Below are positions 36,701-48,700 of a stretch of 64,000 nucleotides of DNA, piece after piece. The notes under the pieces are model-generated. The model saw only the letters and a list, made by a program, of their open reading frames with translations. It was not told the DNA's origin and ran no database searches. The DNA comes from Haliotis rufescens. Taxonomy: Eukaryota. Every line of letters starts with the position of its first letter. Within the stretch, counting starts at the first letter, position 1. The position numbers and the translations under genes are program-made. The stretch lies in contig NW_025964112.1 in NCBI RefSeq assembly GCF_023055435.1, forward strand, positions 13,020,001 through 13,084,000. The letters run 5' to 3'.

Positions 36701-39700
36701 ACATGTAGGAACTGTTGAAATTACTTCATCTTAATTTGTTGGAAAATTTCAGGTCCAACTTTAAGATGAACTTGAATTTTTGTTATCTGCATTTGTTATA
36801 AATATACTTTAAAATCAGTTGTCAGTTAATTAATGTCAGCAAGATCAACATCTTGTCTGTCTTGAACTCAGGTTGTCATTGCTTACATTAATTAAAGACT
36901 ACAAGAATAGTGTTTAATATCTTATATGTAATATTACTATTACTATAAGGTTGACCATTGCTATTCAGGATCAGCAACAGAAAGTCCAGGAGCAGGCTCT
37001 TCGAGAGATGCTGAAGAACTCCACTACAACTGAGCGTGACAGAATAATGTCCCAGTTCCATGATGAAGTCCACCGCATGGAGGCCAAGCACCAAGACCAG
37101 CGCAGTGGTGCCAATGACAAGCTGATGGCCAAGATTGCCGCACGGAAGCGCATGAGAGAGCAACTCACCAAGGACCAGGCAGTGGCCTCCGAACTGGACA
37201 GGATCACCAAAGCTCATGTACGATTTCACACTGCTTCTTGGGAATACTTTAAGAAAATCTATTACGTTCTGATTAAGAAATAATTCGGTATGATGTCACC
37301 ATCTGTCATAAGTTTGTAATTGGTTCATCTGGACATGATCACCTGTTTTTGACTGCTTCTTGAACGACAGTCAAGAAATGATAAACCCTGAGTGTTTAAC
37401 AGGCAACTTTGTTGTACGATTCCCAGGGAGGCGAGAGTGCATTTGGAATGCAGACTCATCTGTTGACGTGGTAAATGATGTCATACGTTTTGAGCATATG
37501 TGGTGTTTCATATGGGGTCTGACCCGTGAAGATTCCGGGGTAGAATAGGTCTTCAGCAATCCATGCTTGTCGTAAAAGGCGACTATGCTTGTCGTTAAAG
37601 GCGACTAACGGGATCGGGTGGTCAGGCTCGCTGACTTGGTTGATACATATCATCGATCCCAATTGCGTGGATCGATGCTCATGATATCAATCACTGGATT
37701 GTCTGGTCCAGAGTTGATTATTTACAGACTGCCGTCATATAGCTGGAATATTGCTGAGTGCGGCGTTAAACAACAAACCAAATCATATGTGGTCTTCTGT
37801 TGTTATTATTACATACTGAATAAAAAGCCTTACTAGTGTCAGGAATTGGGAAGGAAATCACCATCAATAATATCGGTTATGATTGGTTTTCAGCTACAGT
37901 TGGTTACAAATATTTGTTGGTTTCCAAAGTGTCTGCTATTGTTATGATTTCCTGTTGTATGAATCACATTTATGAAGAGAACATGGCCACACCTATCAGG
38001 TACTCAAGCTGTATGGACTAACATGTCATGTGAGCTTAGTTGCTAGGGTTGATTTAATGTCAGGTGTAATTTTACAGCAGTCAATGTCCCAAAGTTGACA
38101 CAATTTATGGATAACATCTTCTTTACTTACTGTAAAGGCGACGCTTCAGTATAGATCCTTATACCGTTGTTAAGGAAGACTGTCTTGCTTGTATAAGGAT
38201 CTATACTGATATGTCGCCTTAACAGTAATTTAAGAAGTTGTTATCTATAAAATGTGTCTACTTTGTCATCCGTCAACTTCTATGTAATTCCTATCAAACA
38301 GTTCAGTCAATGTCCCATCGTGACATATGACCATTAATCTAGAGAACGTGGCAGCAGGGTATCCCTGATTAAAGTGTTAGCTGGAAAGCATGGATTTGAA
38401 TCCCAAAATGGCTGAAATATGTGAAAGCTTGGTGTCCTTTGGTGTGTCATTGTTAGAGTAGGGCTAAAAGTGTCATGAATGGTCACCTTGTCACTCACTC
38501 ACTTTTACTGAAGAAAGCTTTCCTCACTGTCCAGGTGTCTGGTGGCAATGCTGCTGCTGCTGAGGTGATTACAGCCGTCAGTGACAAACTGAATGGTGAT
38601 GAGATGACGTTAGAGCAGCAGAGTCTGATTGATGGTCAGATGGAGAAACAGGCAGCGCTGGAGACTCAACAGCGAGACGAGGACCGCAAGATGAACAACG
38701 CCCTTGATGATGACAAGTACCATGACTCAAAGAACATGGATCACCAGATTGATGTGCAGAAGAAATTGGTGAGTTGTGATTAATCCCTTTGTATCATCTT
38801 CTGTTTGGGGAACAAAATACATCCTTATTTTAACTTGTTAATTGAAAGTTGAACACAACAGTAGTCTCAGGAGCACATGTGATTTACCTGGAACTGAAAC
38901 TGCTGTCTTGCTTGCCTGTGATTTGTTGATTATATATGCACTTAATGTCACATTCCTTTATTACTAAGAAACATGAAGTTGCCTGACGAGTTGATGTGTT
39001 ACATGTGTCATTGTGCCGTATAGCGATGATTGTTGCTATACTGAACAGAGGCATCTTTCTAAAACTTTCAATCACTTTTGATCCCCCGGCCAAATACACA
39101 TGGTAATGTTAATCCCTGCATAGAAAAAAATGCCTAGCAGAATAGGAAATGTCATTGAAATGGTTAATTATCATGTCTAGCGATGTTTTATCGCAATTTT
39201 CACATTTTCATGCTGTTTTTGACACCACTTAGCCTTATATTCGAATATGGAGGTAGGTGTCATTTCCAGAGCAGAACTGAAAAAATATTCAATATGTCTC
39301 ATCCAAACTTGCTATTTATAGATTTTTTTTAAATTTTATTTTTTCCGTTTCCTTGGCAACAAGTTGGACTTTGACTGTGCTCATATTGGTGTGTCCATAA
39401 CATAGAAATACAAAGTTCCAAATCCCAAATCCATGGTATTGTTTTAATAGCTCAGTAACAACTCTCGCATACGGACAGACAGATTAGATAGAAATTCTAA
39501 AATCAAGAACTTACTGTTACAGTCAGATGATTTGTTCTTTCGAATTTGTGGGGGATTTGTCGTTTTCTGATGACTCTTGTTCTTCACAGTTTTTGATGGC
39601 TTGTAAGTTCAAGAAGAATGACTGTCAAAGCATTTAGACTTACTCTGTTTACAAAGATCTCTCTCTTGATCTCTCTCTTGATCTCTCTCTCTCTCTCTCC

Positions 39701-42700
39701 GACCTCACCCCTCTTCACTCACTCACCCACTGCTTGTTGTGTGTGTTGCAGGCACTGGATGCCCTGAAGGACAAGCATGAGAGGGAGCTGGCTGTGAATG
39801 GTGGCAGTCTGTCCGAGGCTGAGATGCAGAAACTACTGGGCAAACACCGCAAGGAACAGGAAGCCATCGAGCGCAACCTTGAGTCTGAGCGGGACAGACA
39901 GAAGAAGGCATTAATGGACAAGGTTGGTAGTGCAGGCTATTAGGTGGAGTAGGAACCTAAATTGGATGTGTTCTTTATTTTTGTGTGTCACATGTACCTT
40001 TTTGTGAGAAGTATAGCCTTCAAAATTATGCTTGTCATCATGACTGTGATAGTGAATAGCAACACTGTGGACACATGAAATGCACAATGACTTTCAAATC
40101 ACCCAAAGGTCAGTGTGGGACGAAGTAACTGCTATTCCTATCAAGTTTGATTCAAGTCATTAATTTGAACATCAGCTAACTCAAATTTTATGATGTGTCT
40201 CAATCCACGGTTAATGGATAGCTTAATTACATCGAGACAATGCCTGTAATTGGTGTCTCTCCCTGGATCTCCCTCTTTCACTGACATTCTTAATGCAAGT
40301 TTTCCAGTCAGACCTTGCTCTGTTCATGGTTTGTTTGTGCCCAGATTGCCCTGCGTCGACAGCAGAAGATGCAGCAGCTGCAGAAGAAGCATGACCTGGA
40401 GATGTCGGAGGAGCTTGTGCGGCAACAGCAGGACAGAGACAAACTCAATGAGATCATCGCCAAGGATGTCGAGGGACGTGCCCTCAAGGACTCAATGAAG
40501 GTGACATTCTTATCATGCATCTCTTAGTGAACAAACAGCATGAGCAGGATATTAGTACAGAGATATTTGGTATATGTGAGCTTCAGTAGATAGGGTAGTG
40601 AACCACAATGTTAAAAAATCTGAAATCCTTTCTACCACTTGTATTCATATGTGTCTTCACGGGGCACAGGTGGCCCTATCGTCCAAGGTGATGAAATTTG
40701 CTTATTTCTCCTAGCATGACAGAACCCTATGATCATGTGTTTAAATCCCTGATTCGCCCTGATTATAATTGTTGGTTTGTCAGTGACCAGTGTTTGAAAT
40801 ATAATAAATTCCCAGGCTGCCATGAGGACCCATAGACTATAGAACCTGCAGGCACTGACAGGCATTTGAAAAAATGCAGCTTATTTTGACAAACTTATTG
40901 ATAAACAAATTTACTGCAGGCCATAAGGACCCATACAAATTTAGACTACCGTATTCGACGTAATAAGCGCCCAGGGCTTTATGCTGACAGCCTGAAATGT
41001 TTATATACGAGAGATATATTTTTCCAGAATTTGATTGCCCATAATTAAGGGTGCATATAACACACGAGTGCATAGTATACGCGAATAAATAAGTATTGTG
41101 TATATTGATCAATCGGAAAGGGTGCAAATTAGGATTGTTCACAAGCCAATATATAAGCAAATATCGCCGTGGGCGCTTATTAGAGCGGGGCGCTTATTAC
41201 GTCGAATACGGTATTTGCCCAACACGAGTTCTACCACCCACAGGCCTATGGGCAGGTGCTTATTTTGGTCACTGTTTGTCAGCACTATACCTGTCCTCAT
41301 GGGTTTTCACCAAAGTCATGAATGGTTTTGGGTTTCCTCTTACATAAGAAATACTGAAATACTGTTAAGAGTGGTGTTCACCCCACCTCATCATTCTTTA
41401 CATCAAACAAGTGAAACATTTCCGTTTAATAATCTGTGAATGATTTTCCACATGATAAGGGAGTGTTGTGTTCAGGGCAAGGACGGCCATGTGGCCGAGA
41501 ACATGATCTACACAGTGCTGAGACAGAGGCACATGAAGGAGGCCATCCACCTGGAGGAACAGCTGGCCCGGGAGCGAGACGCCGCACTGAAACGTGCCCT
41601 GGTGGAGGTCCAGGAAACTAGACAGGCCGAGAGAGACAAACTCACATCAGCATTTGAACAGGTAGTGTAGACTAGCACATCGTCACTGAAATATTGTTAT
41701 GTATGAGGGAATACTTTGAGGGAACCCTCATATAAAGAACCCTCAAGTCTAATAATTTCTGAGAACTGAGAAAGAGATGAAAATGGAATAGGAGTGATTT
41801 ATGATATATTTGCTCAGGATCTGTAAGAGATATGAGAGGTCCAGTACAAGTAGAAGTGTGACATTTTCAAGTAGGTGTATCTGTTATTCAGATCTGATCT
41901 TTTCATTAGTGAGTTGTATTTTGTTGCTTCAGGAGCTGATGGACCTTGTGGCCAATGCTGGGTCCATGTCTCATGCTGAACTGGCCCTGAAGAAGCAGCA
42001 GCTCCAGAAACAACAGGAGGTGAGTCATGTTGGGACAGGGTAGGATCTGCACCCTAACCTATGAATTGTGTATCTTGTGTGGATGCATGTGTGGTGAATA
42101 TTCCCCTTGTCAGTTCAAGCAAACTCAGTCCGGGGCCCACTTGCACAAAGCGATCTTAGCGCAAAGACTATTGTAACCATATGTTAAAATATGGGAGTTA
42201 CGATCATCTTAGCGCTTATATCGCTTTGTGCAAGTGGGTCCTGGACAATAAACACCAAGTCTATGTTAAGGTATGGGAGTTTACGATAACCTTAGCGCTA
42301 AGATTGCTTTGCACAATGGCACCCTGGAGACTTTAAACCTATTCTTCAGCACACCTGTAGAATATACAGCTACTCTTCCCTCACATCTGAGCAACCACTC
42401 ACATCTTAGGAATAGATCTGCATTCGCTCACCCTCAGCATGCATCATATACCTCCACACGAATAAAATGCATCTTCTCTGCCATTAAGATCTAAAGAATA
42501 TGTCTTCCTCCTGCTTGAGACCACTGTTAGATACATATGAATATTTCCAGAAACAACTTGAGGACTTTGACCAGCTGACAGTGACACTGTCAAGTCAGGC
42601 GGAGAAGCAGATGACGCCCCAGCTGGAGGTGCAGCAGACCCACGCCCGGCTGTCCCTGAAGGAGAAGCAGCTGGGAGACCTGGCCGATGCCATGAGGAAG

Positions 42701-45700
42701 TATTCCCCCACTGAGGCCCTCACCAAGCAGTATGAGGCCGAGGCACGCAAGGCTGCAGAGGAAGCCCGGAAGTACAAGGAGGACGTGATGAAGAAGATGC
42801 AAGCAGAGTTGGAGAGGAGGAAGAGAGAGCAGAAGGAACGTGAGGAAGAACGCAAAAGCAAGATTCTCAATCAGCTTCAGTAAGTTGTGATGTTTCTGCC
42901 TGCATTTTTTGTGTATATACTTTGTTTGTAATTGTTTCTACTTTGTGTAAGCATTATGATTTGATTAAGAAACGGGATGCATTTCTTATTGGAAAATAAA
43001 TGGTGAATAAAAGAACCATCTCAGGACAGAACAGGGTTTCGTCAACCTGTGGTTCAAGTAAGATGCAACTAAAATGTTGACTGGATGGTCACAACGAGAT
43101 TGGTAGGGAGTTAACAATATGAGAGACTCTGGTTGTTGATTCATTATCATTATGTTGGGGCAGTAGGTTAGCCTAATAGTAAAAGCACTGGCTGGTCAAG
43201 ACGGTAACCATGGTTTAATGCCCCATGTGAGTAAAATGTGTGAAATAATTGTTGTGTGTTGCTTGTATGTGACTGAATAGGGCTAAAAGGAGCTTATCAA
43301 GTTGAAACGCTTATGTGTTTGCAGACAGCTCGAGAAGGACTTGGAGGAGGAGCACCAGCGTGAAGTGAACCGTCTTCGAGAGAGGGAAGCAGACCGAGAG
43401 AAACTCCGCCAGCAGCAGATGGAAGAGAACGCCAGGAGACAGAAGCAAGAGATTGAGCAATCCAGTGCCAGTGAGCAGGAGAAGGCCAAACTGCTGAGGG
43501 AACACAACAAGAACATCGAGAAACTGGAGTCTAACTCCCAGAATGAGCGGGAACGGCACAGAGCTGCCTTACAGGCCAAGCTGGATGCCAGGAAGAAGCA
43601 ACGTATGGGAGCAGAGGTTGCCAAACTGGACAAACAGTCCCAGCTAGAAGCTGATGAGGAGATGAGGAACGAGATGGCTCAGAGACAGCAGGAGATGACA
43701 CTGCAGTCCGGGTTTACCTCACTGCAGGGCAGCACAACAACCGATCCTGTTCCTGACAGCGGGTTTGAGAGTACAGGGAACAGGGAACAGGACTGGGTGA
43801 ATCTGCTAATGGCTTCGCCTCTCTTCAAGCAGATCAACGATCTTGAGGCTATGTTGGACAAATCGAGTGGCACCGGATCTGGTCCAGCCACATCAGACAA
43901 GATACTGGGTAGGTTATGATCTGATGTAATTATTAAATAAATTATTGATTTGTTCATCATATATTTTTAATCAAACTTGAGATTTTATATGACAGTTATA
44001 TGTCTTTTAAAATAGAAAGGTCTTGATTTTGAGATTATTTGAATAAGAAATTTTTAAGTGGGCAAATGAACAGTTGATTGTTATATATTTTTACGTACAT
44101 GTACCTATATTAATACCTACAGATAGTGATGTACTGTGAAAACTTGTTCTGGAGACAAAAGTATTTGCACCAAAGTGGTCAACATCTGAGACCTCCATGG
44201 CTTTAGCTCTGCCTTTAGCTGACAAGCCTTGACTGAAATAGTGTTCAAAGTGGCCTTACACTTAAATCACTCACTCTTTGTTTGTACCTAGAGTATAGCT
44301 TTTGTCAACCATGTTGTTGCTGTAGCGCTATGTATTGTGTGTGTCCTCCAATAGACTGTGATCCCTTATGTGTGCCAGAATCCTATGATTTGGCCTGATC
44401 ATGTTTCTCGGTTTGTCAGCACCATACCTGGATTTCATCAAAGGGGTATATATAAAGAAAATACAGTTCAAAGTGACATTAAGCCAAACCTCACTCACTC
44501 ACTCACTCGGGGGCACAGTCGTCTAATGCGCCGTGATTCGCTGTGCAGAGTTGCGTCCCTTGGGCATGCCAGAAACCTATGATTGTGGGTTCGAATCCCA
44601 GTTCGCCCCAATTATGTTTCTAGGTTTGTCAACACCATACCCGTGCTCATGGGTTTCACCGAAGTGGTAAACATCTGAGACCTGCATCACTTCGGGCTTT
44701 CCTCCCGCATTAAGCTGACACACCATGATATAACTGGAATACTGTTAAAAGCGGCGTTAAACCCAACTTACTCACTCACTCACTCACTCACTCACTCACT
44801 CACTCACTCACTCTGTCCTTGCTTCCAGGTGGGGACTACAGCAAGCCGTACATTGACGTGAAGGATGCCCAGTGGTCCTGCAACGGGGACCTCAAGCCCA
44901 CAGACATCAATGGCATCAGTCCAAGTCAGTTCGTCATCTACAGGTTTGGCGTGTTCGTCATCAGACTCTTGAACCAGACAATCGGAACACCTGAAGTCAC
45001 TCTGCTCCTTGCCTCAAGTCTTCCAAAGAACAATTATGAGAGGAATGCTTTCAGGAACTCCATATTCTATGAGCATTCTCGGAAGATTTTGTTTGTGAGG
45101 AAGGAAAGAATGGAATCGATCGGGGACTTTGTTGTAGTAATTCTGCACTCCCTTGCTCACATCAAGGTTGGGGATATGACAGATGATGGAAATGTCCTCT
45201 TTATGAGAGAGTTCTATAAGGTGAGGTATCTCAGGAGGGTGTTTTCACCTATCGCAGACACCATTGTGTGTAATATGTTCTTGTGGATTAGTTTTCTTTA
45301 CCAAAGTAGTGACTACAAAAATGTGTTTAGTCATAAAGAACTCTGTGAGTTCAGAAGGAAACCCTTAAAATCATAACTCAGTAATAATTCATCTTTGATT
45401 TTCATGCTGTGTACGAAAAAAATGAAATGGTTAGCAACAGAACACGTTAAATTAAGATTTATCCTGCCTCCTCACTTTAGAATATAAACATCTGTGGAAC
45501 AATGTATCATTTTCTCCGGGGTTTTTTTCTTTCTTAGGCAATGAAGATCATGTGTCAAGACATGTTCTTCTCAAGAACACAGAACACAAGCCGAGCTCAC
45601 TCTCTGATTGGCTCATCCAGTCCCAGACCAGCCCTGGAGATGGCGCTGGCTGGCACCAAGAACCCTGATGACAGGATGAACGTCATCGGGGAGATGATTG

Positions 45701-48700
45701 ACATGAAAGTCGACAGTCCAGCCCGAACTAACTTCTCAACCCAGGTAAGACAATTTGAAATATTCTGTAGAGTGTTGTGGTCCCTTTCATACTTTGACCA
45801 CTTCTGGATTCCAGGACGGAGTAGGTCACAAGCAGTACATCTTTTGCAAGTTCATAACAGAGGAGCAATGTTGGAAGTAGACTGGTGCTTAGATTACACT
45901 TTGTTTTATTCATGGTCTACAGATGTTTGCTCTCCAGTTAGTTAGTTAGTTCAGTTGAATTGAGATTAAATTAATGATTTGTTGCAGATCATTATTTCTT
46001 TCTTTTTATTTTTCATGAAAATATTTTGGTCATTGCTTCCCGTAGGGAACAGTAAATGCTTATGACATTTAACATGCAGGATGTTGTGTTTTTAGGGCTT
46101 TAGAAGAGGCTTGCATAAGCCAGAGAATACCGTATTTTCTTGAGTATAGTGCTCATCCAAGTATAATGCGCACGCCACTCTAGCAAATTCTGTTTTGAAG
46201 GGAAAAAATCCAATATTATGTGCAGAAAAAAATTACACCGCATCTCTTCAGTGAACTCTGGTAAACAAACGGGTGAAACGAAACTTGGTCAGTACAAATT
46301 TGAATGCCTTTATCCAAGTATCATTTTTGAAATGTTACACATGTAGTTACTTTTATCCCTCGATATGCCAAGGAGAGGCGAGACATGGGCCACCAAGCTG
46401 TCGATGCCCATGCCTTTAATAAAACACAAGATGAGATTAAATGGCCGAGGGTGTGCAGGTACTACTGGGATACTAAGCTGCTAGTCGGGTATCCCAAAAT
46501 GCTACCGTTGCCATGGCCACTAGCGTGGCCAATGGGGATTAGCAGCAAGCGCTGCTGGCCTGAGACCGCTACCGCTGACCGGCCCCCATGGTAGCATATT
46601 TATATGCTACCATTGCTTGGCAACTACCACGCTGTCATAAGCAGCTAACGCTGCTGGCCTATGTCAGACTACCGCTGCCCGGCCCCATTAGTAAAACCAT
46701 TGTCATGACCACCACCGGGAGCCCAACTGTCAGCTACCGCTTGACAAGACGACTTCCGCCGCCGGGCCCATATACGTGGCAATTGGTTGCCCGACGTAAG
46801 CTATTTTACGATTCTCCAGGAAAACCAAGGTTCCCACTGAGAAGCAGTTAATCCCGGAAAGGTTCCCGCTGAAAGGCAGGTAGCCCTAAGTGCAAGTATT
46901 AATTTGGAAGCAAGTTAACTTGTTACTAGCAGTGTAGCCCACCCAGAACTCCACCACAAATTCCACTATTATGCGCAGACAAAAATTACACCACATCTCT
47001 TCAGCGAAGTCCGGTAAACGAACCGGTGGTAAGAAACTTGGTCAGTAGAAAATTGAATGCCTTTATCCAAGTATCATTTATAAAATGTTACACATGTAGT
47101 TACTTTTATTTGGTATGATTTTTGTAGTTGTATCTTTATATTTTTCCCAATAAATCTAACAAAGTTCAGACAAAAATAATTAATCTAAACTGGGTGACTG
47201 ACTACCTGATAACCTAACTCTTAGCTACAACAAAGTTGGTGTAGTGAGATGTGGTAGAGGCAGCCCTGTAGTTAAGGCACTTGCCTGTCTCATCGATGCC
47301 TGGGTTCAATGCCCACAATGTGTGAAGCCCTTAGTTGATGTTCTGCACTGTGCTTATAATGGGTGCCCGAAACTGAGATCCGTTTCTTGATTGATCTTAT
47401 TAATAAAGTGTAAATACCAATGTATTCACTCCTCCAGACAATCACACAGCGAATGTATGGCTACCAGGCCATGGCCAACAACGCCAGACTGCGGCAGTAC
47501 CTTGCTTCTAAGGGTGGTTTCATGACGTCAAGCGACATCATCAGCAGTCGGATGTCGGAGTTGCGGGGAGGCATTCCAAGTCCCTCACATACCCCACGAA
47601 GGTAGGACTGCATGGAGATAATATCTCATGGCTCTTTGATTAGTGGGCTTCTTAATTAATTTATGTGGCTAAATACAGTTTAATATGATGTCAAGGTGAC
47701 TAGGGGGGCAAATTGGCATGAAAAAGAGAGGGGAGGGAAGAAAGGGAGAAGGAAAGAGAGTCACAGAAATATACATACACAATTTATAAATATATGTAAT
47801 TGATATAATAAAAGTAACTATTGATCAGGTCAACTTCAATTTTGACCATTTCTCCTTGTAGCATTTGTTGTCTTTACCATATTGATATTTACCAAATGAT
47901 TTTCTAACTTGTTTGACTTGGGGTTTCTAAGTATAAATGACATTTGACATGTTTCTAAAGGTGTGTCAGTTATTCCTCAATAGCATTCTTCAAATGAATC
48001 TTATGATTATGTGAAATAGTAAATGTTCAAGTAAGATTATCGCTCAAATGCTGCTGGTGTGACTTAAAATTTCAATGCACTCACTATCTCTGGCTAATTT
48101 TTTATGCAGTATTTGTAGAAGGAAAAGATTGTAGAAGGAAACCTAGTGCTTAAAGCGTTCACTCGTCATGCCGAAGACCTGGGTTCAATTCCCGACATGG
48201 GTACAATATGTGAAGCCCATTTCTGGTGTCCCCCGCCATGATATTGTTGGAATATTGCTAAAAGCAGCATAAAACCATACTCACTCATTCATTAATGTTA
48301 AAAAGTTTTATGATATTATGCCAGCTTAGAGTACCTGTTTAAACACAATGATAGCATTGTTATTATGCTCCCTTGTCTTCAGAGTGGAAACCTAAAAATA
48401 ATCATTGAATTGCACTATGTCTTCCAGCCCCTTGAAGCGGCGCGGCATCCCAGCCCTATCTACAGTGAAGGATGTCCTGGACTCCCAGCTGCTGGAGCTA
48501 CAGACCAACAATGACTCCCTCAATGCTGAACTCATGCAGGTAAGGGGGTCATCAAGGACACTGTTGCCAATCATCTGGGTTTCTATAGTAACAAAGGGGG
48601 CCTAGTTGTCTAAGGCGCCGGAATAGGATGTGCAGAGTTATGTCCCATTCGCAAGTCAGAAACCTGTATTCCAGGGTTTAAATACTGAGGATTACATTTC

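Noticed and set aside
34679-36718. 679-aa ORF as a standalone gene
   Set aside because: Bounded by in-phase splice sites and continues the PxTG repeats of the preceding exons.
46385-46851. Short ORFs as additional exons
   Set aside because: Exons 50 and 51 join in phase, and these ORFs lie in a repeat-like insert without convincing splice sites.
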